From an uncultured Candidatus Binatia bacterium (lineage in GTDB: Bacteria > Desulfobacterota > Binatia > UBA9968 > CAXXLF01): a stretch of 64,000 nt of DNA. How positions within the stretch are numbered: position 1 is the stretch's first letter; every line of letters begins with the position of its first letter. This document shows positions 19,840-29,472 of this stretch, one piece after another. The translations under genes were made by a program, and so were the position numbers. The stretch spans positions 3,584,001-3,648,000 of the forward strand of contig OZ244621.1 in NCBI GenBank assembly GCA_965218425.1. The letters run 5' to 3'. Below the pieces are notes generated by a model. It was not told where the DNA came from, searched no databases, and saw only the letters and a program-made list of their open reading frames with translations.

Positions 19840-20541
19840 ATGTCTCATCCGCTGGTACCTGGTGACGAGTTTTTAGAAGAATTGGAAGGGTTGCGCAGAA
19901 ATCATCTCAAAGGTGGACTCTTGCGGCCGCGTGCCCACCATAGGACCAAAGAGGAGGTTGCGGAGTCAAGACGAAGATATCATCGAGGAGGGGACAACAA
20001 CCACCGTTTCGAGGGCGAGAGATACTTAAACTGTACGGATAAGGCTATTCGGCGCAAGCAACTCCGTAAACTGATCGACGAAGGGGGACAAACCACGGTG
20101 GGTGGGAAGACACCCAGCCATCCCACACTCGCCCGGTGGGAATCGGAGGAGTTTGGGTTAACCGATGAGGAAATCACCCGGTTGGAAAAGGAGGATTGCG
20201 GCCCCGAAAAGCTCATTGTGTGGGGCTGGCGCGTTAACATGCATCGCACCAGCGATTGGTCCGTAGCCATCGGAAGCTCCCTGGTGGGCGAGGGGGAAAA
20301 GAGGATTCCCGAGATCAGACAACATCTCCTGGACAATGTTAAGATATTGAGAAAAGAGTACGCAGAGATGGGTATCAAAGACGTGGAGCGGGCCCTGGCC
20401 TTTAAAATTGAACACGCCGACGTGGACGTGGACCACGCAGAGCTAGGAGCGGACGTGGTGAGAAGATACGTGAATACCCCCGAACTTCAGGACGAGATGC
20501 GTAAAGCTTTCTCGTTGACGCTCCATATGCACGGATACTGA
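19840..20541 (+). CDS. Heme-oxygenase-like diiron protein HDO-3 (paralog of HDO-1)
   Basis: FEGERYLNCT shared with HDO-1; DEGG...SH, VGEGE, HADVDVDH; AGGAGG RBS. Confidence 0.7.
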   Translation: MSHPLVPGDEFLEELEGLRRNHLKGGLLRPRAHHRTKEEVAESRRRYHRGGDNNHRFEGERYLNCTDKAIRRKQLRKLIDEGGQTTVGGKTPSHPTLARWESEEFGLTDEEITRLEKEDCGPEKLIVWGWRVNMHRTSDWSVAIGSSLVGEGEKRIPEIRQHLLDNVKILRKEYAEMGIKDVERALAFKIEHADVDVDHAELGADVVRRYVNTPELQDEMRKAFSLTLHMHGY

Positions 20542-20553
20542 TCTCTTCGATTC

Positions 20554-20619
20554 ATAAATTCGGTAACGAATTTGTCCGCCTTCGCAGAAGACCACGGCCG
20601 TAAGGCCGTGGAGGCTTCA
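20554..20619 (+). repeat. Tandem GTAA-loop hairpins, resembling an IS200/IS605 right end or PATE remnant
   Basis: AAATTCG-GTAA-CGAATTT and CCACGGCC-GTAA-GGCCGTGG followed by AGGCTTCA. Confidence 0.45.
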
Positions 20620-20695
20620 TGCCCTCAGAACCTGGGCTGATCTTTCGACCCGTTGTGGGTCATGCTATTACTCTAGCCTATGGTCGATGTTGTTG

Positions 20696-22492
20696 TTAGC
20701 GTGGAGCCCGTAAGCGGCCACCCGTAAGCGGCAACGAAAGTAAAAGAATCACCCCCACGGTTACCACCATAATGACCGCCCCCGCCGATGCGGCGCCGAT
20801 ATTGCCGGCGTCCCAGGCATGCCAGACTCCCACCGCCAACACCTGATTCCTGGGACCCGAAAGAAATAGGGCCACACTGACTTCCCGAAAGGTCGACATG
20901 GCCGTCCAGATTGCGGCGAAGATCAGGGACGGCCTAATTAGCGGAACAAGGATGTACCAAATGGTACTGGTGGTAGTGGCCCCACATACGTGAGCGGACT
21001 CTTCCAGCTCCTGTTGCACCTGAATGAACGCGGCATTGGTGATACGAGTGGAATAGGTGATCCGTTCCATAAGAAGAGCGATGGCAATAATCGCAATGGT
21101 TCCGTTTAAGTAGAACCATGGCAACGATCGTTCCAGGAGAAGGGCCACGATAAAAAGGGCGAAGGCAAAGGCCAAACCCGGTATGGCGTGGGGCAGCATG
21201 GCGATATTGTCCATGAGGTGACGAGAGCGTACGCGGGTGCGCACCACTACCCACGAGATGGTTACGCTGAAGAATAAGACGAGAATCGGTACGATTACGA
21301 TTAGTTTCACCGTGTTCCAAACGACGTGGGATCCCCCAATGATGGCCATGAAGTATTCCGGATCGTAGTTGTTCAAGCTGGCTTTGGATAGGGCAGCAAT
21401 AGACGGCATGTGGACGTAGGGGAATAGGGACATCCAGCCCAGCACCGTCATTGGCATAATGGCTGCGAGCATGATGTAAAGGATGACAAATCCTAAAGCG
21501 GGATACTTGAACTTTCTGAGACCATGGGCGTGGGGCCGGTAACCCTTTCCTGAAATTACGGCAAATCGATGAGACTTTTCCAATACCCGGTGGTAAAAGT
21601 ACAGCGCCACCAGAGACGGCCCGGCGATGACCACCCCGTACACACCGGCTGCACCGTAGCTCACCAGGGTTGCCTCACCCGTAGCCGGACGGACCGCATA
21701 AAATAGTTCAGTGGCCAGAACGGGCGATTGGCCTCCCGCCGCACCCAGCATGGCCGGGACCTCGAACATGGATAGGGCGGTCATGAAATGGTAAATCGAT
21801 CCCCCCAGAACGGCGGGCCAGACCAGAGGTAGACCGACCCTTGCAAAAGTCCACCACCGATTCGCCCCGGATACAGCGGCCGCCTCTTCCAGGGAGGGAT
21901 CCATGGAGCGCATGGGACCAGACAAAAGGAAAAACATCGAAGGCGTCAGGGACAAGCCCATGACCCATGCCATCCCATAAGGGTTTGCCAGGCTAAGGGG
22001 AATGGACTCCAAACCCAATAGGCCCGCCAGGGAGTTATTGATGAGACCGATCCGTGGGTTGATCAGGAGGATCCAACCCATTGCTTTCACAAATCCCGGG
22101 ATGAGCACCACTACGGCTAGAAGGGATGTAAAAAAATCTCGAAAGGGTACATCCGTGCGGTTAAGCAACCAGGACAATGGTCCGGCGAAAACCAGAGATA
22201 CCAAGACCGTGCCGATTCCGACAATTAATGTGTTGGGGAGTACCTTGTTGAAAACATAGGGCCGAGCCAAATTTGTCCAGTGCTCTAGGGTGAGGCCGGG
22301 CTCGGTGGGAAGGAAAGGAACAAAGCTCATGTACAGGGTGACAAGGGAGAGAGAGACAATGCCACCCAGCAAAATCCAAGATACAAAAACCGGCATGGTT
22401 TGAGATCCAACCATGCCGCCAAACACTTGCCAATAGGGAAGGGCTCGGCCGGCACCTCCCCCCTTCGTAACAGTTGTTTGCGTATCTGCCAC
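20696..22492 (-). CDS. ABC transporter permease (FbpB type), paralog of 11717..13498
   Basis: TM segments, LEEAAAVSGA and LEESAHVCGA; shared FEVPAMLGAAGG. Confidence 0.92.
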   Translation of the reverse strand: MADTQTTVTKGGGAGRALPYWQVFGGMVGSQTMPVFVSWILLGGIVSLSLVTLYMSFVPFLPTEPGLTLEHWTNLARPYVFNKVLPNTLIVGIGTVLVSLVFAGPLSWLLNRTDVPFRDFFTSLLAVVVLIPGFVKAMGWILLINPRIGLINNSLAGLLGLESIPLSLANPYGMAWVMGLSLTPSMFFLLSGPMRSMDPSLEEAAAVSGANRWWTFARVGLPLVWPAVLGGSIYHFMTALSMFEVPAMLGAAGGQSPVLATELFYAVRPATGEATLVSYGAAGVYGVVIAGPSLVALYFYHRVLEKSHRFAVISGKGYRPHAHGLRKFKYPALGFVILYIMLAAIMPMTVLGWMSLFPYVHMPSIAALSKASLNNYDPEYFMAIIGGSHVVWNTVKLIVIVPILVLFFSVTISWVVVRTRVRSRHLMDNIAMLPHAIPGLAFAFALFIVALLLERSLPWFYLNGTIAIIAIALLMERITYSTRITNAAFIQVQQELEESAHVCGATTTSTIWYILVPLIRPSLIFAAIWTAMSTFREVSVALFLSGPRNQVLAVGVWHAWDAGNIGAASAGAVIMVVTVGVILLLSLPLTGGRLRAPR

Positions 22493-22533
22493 TACTTTGG
22501 ATCTGTTTCTTTGCGCGGTAAATGCGGGCTCAG

Positions 22534-23675
22534 CTAGCGTCTCTGGGTCACGGCCGCTTTGATCTTGGAACGATATTTTCTCCCCTCGTCAGTGGCCCAC
22601 CATTTTAAGGTCGCCACCGTCTCAGGTGATTGTAGATAGGATACCAATCTGCTTCCGCTCTTTTTGATAGCGGCCTTAGAACGGTTGTCGATGTCGCTCT
22701 GTCCGAAAATCAGGTTCTCCTGTGGGCTTGCAGCCTGTAGAATCGTTTGCGCCTCAGGGGTGGTCATCCACAGAGACCAAAGCGTTGCGCCAGCGGGATG
22801 CCTTGAGCCTCTGGGAAGCAGATACATCATAGGTGAAAGGGGTGTGTAATCGGAGAACCAATGGAGGCCAACGGGGGCCTTAGGGTCACGCGTTTTCACT
22901 CCCCAATACTCGGCGCTGTTCATATAGGTGTAGCATATTCTTTCAACAGGATGCGGTTAAGGGCAGGTTGAAAACGCATGACTGCGGCAGCGTTTTTTCC
23001 GATACGATCCATGGTCTTGAGCCATTTGGATTTGTCTTTGTAAACTAAAATCCCCTGTTCGAAGATATCGGTCCACGGGGCGACGGTAAACTTGCCTTTG
23101 AACTTGGGGTCAGCAAGATCGATAATGCGCCTGGGGATGGTCTTCACGGAAGCAAGCTCCTTGTGGTAAACCATTACTTTGGTACGGGATCCCCAGATAA
23201 ACGCTTGACCCCCAACTACGGAAGGGCTCACTTGGTGGGCTTTAACTGTCCCTGAGGCCACCATGGGATTCACGGCGGCAAGCAGTGGCTTCCAGTTTTT
23301 TACCGGTGTCGCATAGCCTTTTTCCACCGTCACAATAGCGTCGTTGGCACTGCCGGTTAGGGAGTGAAACTGTGGTCTCCCGCCGGCTCTAAGGGTAATC
23401 AACATCTTGGCGAATTTGCCTGCCTGGTCACCCAATGCCACATTGATTTTGAGGTTTAGGCCGAATCTTTTGTTGAAGGCCTTCACAAGCTTGGGAACCC
23501 CGGGTCCCAACTGGGTGACGGTAGCCGTGTCGAGGGTGCCTTCCTTTTTTGCTTTCTCGATCAGGTCATTTAAGAGTTTTTTTCCTTCGGAATTGGCGGA
23601 CGCATGGATAATTCCAAATGATATAAAGGCAACTGTCGATACCGCGACCATGATAAGCTTCCCTGGGGCGTTCAT
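22534..23675 (-). pseudogene. ABC solute-binding protein split by a -1 nt frameshift near 22925-22935
   Basis: ORFs 22920..23675 and 22534..22923 together align with intact paralog 14101..15240; 8 nt instead of 9 between EYA and MNS. Confidence 0.75.
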
Positions 23676-23734
23676 TGTAATCTCCTCAATTAGCGTGAAT
23701 TCGAGTTTTTTTGCGCCGGGGCAAAAGATTTACA

Positions 23735-24778
23735 CTAGGCATGGACACATTTCATATCGGTTACCGACGGGGCTTTAACATCAAACTTCATCCATGACTG
23801 ACCGTCGTCTTTGCTTCCATACAGCTCTCCGCCTCGAGTGCCGGCATATAGGACCTTTGGATCGGTTTCGTCGAAGGCAATGGCCTCGGGAAACCCTTGT
23901 GTTGCGGCGGCGAGGCCACCCTCAAGTTTTTGCCAATGGGTCCCGCCATCATCTGTCTTAACAATGAGCGACTCTGCGCCGGTATCTCTTTTTCGCCACT
24001 GGTTGGGTTGACCGTGGGCCAGCGCAGAAAAAATGACCTTGGGATTGTTGGGATGCATGACCAGGGGAACCGAATATTCCTGGGAGAACTCCATGCCGGT
24101 AGGGGTCCATTGTTCCCCACCGTCATTGCTCATGTAGAGGGCCTTGCCCTTGGTTTTACCTAGACGGCAATCGTGGCCTCCAGTGGCGATGAAGATGTTC
24201 TTAGGATTGCTGGGATTGATGACGATGGTGTGTACATCGCAATCCAGCTCCCTGTCCAGCAGTTTCCAACTGGCCCCGCCGTCCGTGGTCTTTAGAATAT
24301 AACCCACCTGAAGGGCGGCATAGATGGTTTTGGAGTCCTGGGGATCCACGACAATCTCCCTTACATGAGGCTCCACCGTTGCCACGGGGTAGGGAACCGT
24401 TGCTACAAATGGAATATCCCAAACCGAGTCGAATCGAGTCCAGCTCTTGGTGCCATCCCGACTGACAAAGATGTCGATGGGTTCGGTGCCAGCGTATACC
24501 GTGTTGGAATCATGGGGATCTAAGGCAACGGACCGAACCTTGCCCGGGCCGCGCTTGCCGTAGCAAAGCTTTTTCCAGCTCTCGCCAAAATTCTCACTAA
24601 ACCACACTCCGTCGCCACGGGTGCCGGCAAAGATCCGGTTGGGTGAAGCGGTATCCACCGCAACCTTGGGCACTTCCCACTCCTTCAGGCCGTGGTGCGC
24701 TACGTTCCAAGACTTGCCGTCGTCACTCTTTAGAGTCATGAGGCCTTTCTCTGTACCCAAGTAAAGTATTGAAGCCAT
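23735..24778 (-). CDS. BNR/Asp-box beta-propeller protein, paralog of 7781..8797
   Basis: Asp-boxes; shared AGTRGDGVW, CYGK, TVEPHVR, DVH, ATGGHDCR motifs. Confidence 0.85.
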   Translation of the reverse strand: MASILYLGTEKGLMTLKSDDGKSWNVAHHGLKEWEVPKVAVDTASPNRIFAGTRGDGVWFSENFGESWKKLCYGKRGPGKVRSVALDPHDSNTVYAGTEPIDIFVSRDGTKSWTRFDSVWDIPFVATVPYPVATVEPHVREIVVDPQDSKTIYAALQVGYILKTTDGGASWKLLDRELDCDVHTIVINPSNPKNIFIATGGHDCRLGKTKGKALYMSNDGGEQWTPTGMEFSQEYSVPLVMHPNNPKVIFSALAHGQPNQWRKRDTGAESLIVKTDDGGTHWQKLEGGLAAATQGFPEAIAFDETDPKVLYAGTRGGELYGSKDDGQSWMKFDVKAPSVTDMKCVHA

Positions 24779-24962
24779 AGCTTTTCCCTCCTCCTATAAA
24801 ATCTATATAATTTTAGGAACATCGTTATCATGGAAAGTTTAAAGCTGTCAAGGGGAGTCCAGGATTTCGTCTTGGATGGCCGTGTAAGCAAATAGACGGC
24901 TTGACACCAGCACGGTCTATCATGGCATATAGGGATTGCTGATCCGATGGGAGGCTATATTT

Positions 24963-25772
24963 ATGGAAAAAACAGTTCTTACCATGTCGTCGGACCTTCA
25001 GCTGGAAGAGGGAGTGCCGGGCCTGCCGGCTGATGAGTTCATCGCCGGCATTTGGCTGGAGCGCAGGCGATACGTAAGGGAAGGCCGGATCAAGCAGCCA
25101 CATCCTTGGAGTGTTGCTTTAGCCGAGGGTAAAGTGTCCAGAGAAGCCGTCATCGCCTACGTGAAAAACCGCCATTACTTTTTGGCCAATATCAATCGCA
25201 AGGACGCCCAGATCATCGCCAACTGTCCGGTGTCGGAGGCCAGGCGACAATTGATGCGGAAATACATCGATGAGGAGGGCCAGGATATCGTAGGAGGACA
25301 ATTGGGTCCCCATTACGAGATGTGGGTCAAAGTGGCGGAGGGGTTTGGCGTCTCCAGGGATGAGCTGAACAGTTTCAAAGATGTTTTGCCGGCCTACCGT
25401 TACACGGTGGACGCCGTCTTTAACTTTGCCAAGCACCATGGTTGGCTGGAAGGACTGGCCGCCACTTATGCTACGGAAGGGCAAATGTGGAGGCGTTATA
25501 CTCCAAAAGATGAGCACAAGGATACAAAGCTTCTGGGCGAGGGTGAGGCGCTGAAGAAATACTACGGCCTCCTGGACGGGGCGCTGGAGTTTTTCAATGT
25601 GCACAGTGACGCCAACGACGAGCACGGCGACATCTGTGAGAATATCATCAAAAAATACTGTACGACCCAGGAACTCCAGCGGAAAGCTCTAGCGGCAGCC
25701 CGGTTCAGGTGGGACAATCACGAGACGCGGCAGGATATTGTCTATCACTATTTCGTTTCAGATCGAAGCTAG
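24963..25772 (+). CDS. PqqC/CADD-like heme-oxygenase-like diiron protein HDO-4
   Basis: HPW, ANCP, IDEEG...PHYEMW, WLEGLAATYATEGQ, FFNVHSDANDEHG. Confidence 0.82.
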   Translation: MEKTVLTMSSDLQLEEGVPGLPADEFIAGIWLERRRYVREGRIKQPHPWSVALAEGKVSREAVIAYVKNRHYFLANINRKDAQIIANCPVSEARRQLMRKYIDEEGQDIVGGQLGPHYEMWVKVAEGFGVSRDELNSFKDVLPAYRYTVDAVFNFAKHHGWLEGLAATYATEGQMWRRYTPKDEHKDTKLLGEGEALKKYYGLLDGALEFFNVHSDANDEHGDICENIIKKYCTTQELQRKALAAARFRWDNHETRQDIVYHYFVSDRS

Positions 25773-25951
25773 AGGTATTGCTTCCCGTCTTGGTTGATCG
25801 CCGTCTCCCACCGAATTTGCGACTGACTCAAAAATGGCGGTGATCAACTCAACCCATCTGTGAACTTTGCCTGAAGGAGCGCACAGCATCAACTTGACAA
25901 GGTATTGGCGTAAAGCTATGAGGTATGAAAAGTCTATGGGGTCAATCCGGC

Positions 25952-26754
25952 ATGGCAACCCTTACAGAACTGAGAGATAGGGTCCGGGAAATGTACAAAG
26001 GGACTAAAACACCCTGGGCCTACCCTAGATTCCCGCAGCCACCGGAAGACTTTTTGCCCCCGGAAAAATTTCTTGAGGTGGTATCCGAAGCGGTCCTGTT
26101 TCATCACACCAAAATCAACCATCCGTTTTGTGTCAGGCTAGTGCGTGGAGAGTGGTCCAAGAGCCAGCTTCAGGCATGGGCCATTCAAGATTACCATGCG
26201 AAGGTCCAGACCCTTAGGAACGACGCCTACATCGTGGCGACGGCGTCTAATTTGGAAGAATTGCAAGAACAGCTCAAGGTGTTGATTTCTAAGTCGGGCG
26301 AGGATCTAGCGGGGGGAAGTACCCCAGCCACCCCGAACTCTGGCTGAGGTTTGCCGAGGCGCTAGGGCTTAGGCGGGAGGACGTGACAAAGTCTGAGCTC
26401 ACACCGTTGATGCAGGTGGTGCTGGACGCCAAGCGCTTTCGGTCCATGAAACAAAACGTGGGTGATCTTCCTGCGAATTTGAGGGTAGGGGAAAAGATCA
26501 ACTCTCTTGTGCACCCCATCTGGGCCGAAGCTTTTGTGGAGAAATACAAGATTGACACCAGTGCCCTGGATTTTTTCACCGCCCATGGAGAAGCGGACCA
26601 GGACCATGGGAAGCTAGGCGAGCAGATCGTTTTAAGTCGGGCGGTTACCAAAGAGGCCCAACGGGCCATCTGGCTGCATCTGAAGACGAGCCAGGGAAAG
26701 CAGTGGGTGACTTACGATGCCTTCTACCAGTCTGCTCTGCAGGCAGGTGAGTGA
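25952..26754 (+). pseudogene. PqqC/CADD-like protein HDO-5, frameshifted in a G6 run (26311-26316)
   Basis: Adding one base restores AGGKYPSHPELWLRFAEALG and joins to FFTAHGEADQDHG; N-terminal HPF motif. Confidence 0.8.
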
Positions 26755-26795
26755 GTCTAGACTCGACTCCATGGTAAGAGGGGAGTTAGAATTAC

Positions 26796-27539
26796 ATGGC
26801 CGCAACCAAAAAGACCAGTGAAACCAGTTTGAAACAACGCCTGGTGGACGGGTTGAAGGTGTTGACGGGGGAGGGCGTTTTGACAGGCTCGGGCCACCTG
26901 AGCGTGCGAATTCCCGGCACAGAGAATTTTTTAATTAACCCGAGATTCCCCGGTGTTCTGGCCACTCCCAAGGACATCTGCACGGTGAACGCGGATGGAA
27001 AACGAATTGCTGGCAAGGGTCCTATCCCTTCGGAGACTCCGATCCACAGTTGCATTTACCGCGCACGGCCGGACGTAAAGAGTGTGCTACACTGCCATCC
27101 TCGTTACTCGATCCTCTTGGGGCTGCAGGAAAAAGGATTGATCCCCTTTAATCGTGAGGCGCGGATGTTTGCGGACGGAGTGCCGGTTTTTCCCAATAGC
27201 ATTGGGATCAACACCGACGGGTTGGCCAATGTGATGGTACAGGCCCTCGGTACTCACTACGCGCTTTTTCTACGTGCCCACGGTGTCGTCGTAGTGGGTC
27301 CGGGCATCGAAGGGACCTGCGTCTCGGCGATCCAACTGGAGCGTGCTTGCCAAGACCAGATATTGCTCATGAGCTTTACGAATCCGGTCCCCATGGCGGA
27401 TAAAGAACGGGGAAGGGTCGAGGCGCGGCTGGAGAATCCGTATAGGGCTTGGCCCTATCTCCTGTACAAGCACAAGGTGAAGTCCCCTGCACGGGTTCGT
27501 GCTTCCATAAAGACGCTCAAAGAGGGCGAGCACTATTAA
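26796..27539 (+). CDS. Class II aldolase/adducin family protein
   Basis: GHLSVR, PSETPIH, RPDVKSVLHCHP, LRAHG. Confidence 0.9.
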   Translation: MAATKKTSETSLKQRLVDGLKVLTGEGVLTGSGHLSVRIPGTENFLINPRFPGVLATPKDICTVNADGKRIAGKGPIPSETPIHSCIYRARPDVKSVLHCHPRYSILLGLQEKGLIPFNREARMFADGVPVFPNSIGINTDGLANVMVQALGTHYALFLRAHGVVVVGPGIEGTCVSAIQLERACQDQILLMSFTNPVPMADKERGRVEARLENPYRAWPYLLYKHKVKSPARVRASIKTLKEGEHY

Positions 27540-27542
27540 ATC

Positions 27543-28313
27543 TCAGGCTCGGATGTCTCCATCGCCTGTGTGTGGCTTTCCCGTAAAAAAGCATGGGACC
27601 TCGCCCGCCGCGACCCGTTGGGCACCGCCGCTGTATCCGCGGCCGATGACAGGATCATGGGCCTTGAATTTTCTAAACAAGTCGAAGGCACGCTCCCAGT
27701 CCCACTTTCCGTTCTTGCGCCACAGCCAGGCCAATCGACCGGGTATCTCCTCCGACGAACGGGACAACATGGTTTTACCCTTCCATTTTGGATCGCCCAT
27801 CTCTTCCCAGGTTTTTGGCACGTCCTTAGGCGATACGAGATCCGTGTTATACATCACTTGTACTCTGGGGTTCCCCAATCCCCCCACGTATAGCCCATGG
27901 GGAGGTTGACTACCCCGAACAAAATCCTTGAGATGAGGGCATGTGTTTTTGGCAAGAAGATTTCGTCTCACGAAGATCTCCGAACCATCCTCACTGATAC
28001 CCGCCCAATCGATGGTCAAGCGCCCGGCCTTTGCCTCGAGAGACACTCGGTTGACGGTATCTTTGGTGTTCATCTCGATATCCTTGATAGTCATAAAGGG
28101 GTATCTCTTTCGGAACCCTTTTAAATCTCGCTTTAGGTCCTCTGCGATGCTACCTGAAAGCACGAGGGTCCCTTCTTTCTTAGCCTTTGCAATCATCTGA
28201 TCCCGAAGAGAACCAGCAAAGGCGTCTGGTTGACTCAGGGGACCCCAATCATTAGAGCTAAAGCGAACAGGCTCAACATATAAAATCTCGTTATTCCCTT
28301 CATGATTAGGCAT
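27543..28313 (-). pseudogene. Truncated ABC solute-binding protein (paralog of 31289..32371)
   Basis: Aligns with the paralog from SLRDQMI to AAGEVP, then ends abruptly against the convergent aldolase; no intact signal peptide. Confidence 0.7.
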
Positions 28314-28367
28314 CCTTTAAATAGCCAACGAAATCAATCTATGACAACGCTCTACATTATTTGTTAT

Positions 28368-29471
28368 TTAGGAAGAGCTGGCTATGACACGGCAGCGCTC
28401 GGGTGCCAGGTAGATGTTCACGTTTTTTCCTGGTTCTAATGAAGTGGATGGGTGGACTTTCATCCGTAGCCGCTGATCTGCCACCGACACCCAGCAGTCG
28501 AGCATCTCTCCAGTAAACACCACCGTGTCTACATGGGCCTCTAATACGTTATGATCAGGCCACGCCGTGCCTTCACAAACCGTGAGATCTTCGGGACGGA
28601 TCATTACCACCACCTCTTTGCCCTCCAAGTCATCCTCCGCCACGGCACAGCGGATGCCGCCGCTTTTTGTCTTGACCTCCCCCAGGCCATTTGGCCTGCC
28701 TGCGGACATCGCCCCAGGGAGAAAGTTGGCTAAACCGATGAAGTCCGCGACAAAACGGTTGCTGGGAACTTTATAAATATCCAGTGAAGATCCTTCCTGG
28801 ACGATCTGACCGGAACTCATGACTGCGACCCGATCCGACATGGTAAGGGCCTCTAACTGGTCATGGGTCACGTAGAGAGTGGTGATTTTCAGACGCTTGG
28901 CCAGTTCCCTGATTTCGAAACGCATATCCTCGCGCAACTTCGCGTCCAAATTGCTCAGGGGTTCATCCAGTAACAGTACCCGCGGCTCGTGAACCAAGGC
29001 ACGGGCCAGGGCAACCCTTTGCTGCTGGCCGCCGCTCAGAAAAGGGGCAGGGCGATCGGCGAAGCCTTCCAATTGAATCAACTGGAGTGCCCGCATCACC
29101 CGCTCTTTGACTTCCTTTTTCGGGACCCGCCGTTGGCCGTGAACTAGGGGGAAGGACACGTTCTGGAAAACAGTCATATGGGGCCATATGGCATAGGATT
29201 GAAAGACGATTCCGTAATCCCGTTTTGGCGCCGACACGTTGATTTGCTTCTCGCTTGAATAGACGAGTTGATCCTCGATCCAGATTTCACCCTCTTCAGG
29301 CTCTTCAAAGCCGGCGATACAGCGCAAGGTGGTAGTCTTACCACAGCCTGAAGGACCCAGCAGGGTGTAAAACTCCCCAGGCTCCACCTGGAAACTGATG
29401 CCACTGAGGGCCTGTACGGCGCCCTGATCCTGGGCAGGATAGGTCTTTTTTAGATTTGTGATTTTGATCAT
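28368..29471 (-). CDS. ABC transporter ATP-binding protein (FbpC/PotA type)
   Basis: GPSGCGKT, LSGGQQQR, LLLDEPLSNLD. Confidence 0.95.
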   Translation of the reverse strand: MIKITNLKKTYPAQDQGAVQALSGISFQVEPGEFYTLLGPSGCGKTTTLRCIAGFEEPEEGEIWIEDQLVYSSEKQINVSAPKRDYGIVFQSYAIWPHMTVFQNVSFPLVHGQRRVPKKEVKERVMRALQLIQLEGFADRPAPFLSGGQQQRVALARALVHEPRVLLLDEPLSNLDAKLREDMRFEIRELAKRLKITTLYVTHDQLEALTMSDRVAVMSSGQIVQEGSSLDIYKVPSNRFVADFIGLANFLPGAMSAGRPNGLGEVKTKSGGIRCAVAEDDLEGKEVVVMIRPEDLTVCEGTAWPDHNVLEAHVDTVVFTGEMLDCWVSVADQRLRMKVHPSTSLEPGKNVNIYLAPERCRVIASSS

Positions 29472-29472
29472 T

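Noticed and set aside
22920..22922. Second selenocysteine UGA
   Set aside because: The downstream homologous part is in another frame, so this is a frameshift; no Cys in the paralog
17561..26754. PQQ biosynthesis, thiaminase II or RiPP cluster
   Set aside because: No pqqA/B/D/E, thiamine genes, radical SAM enzyme or precursor peptide seen
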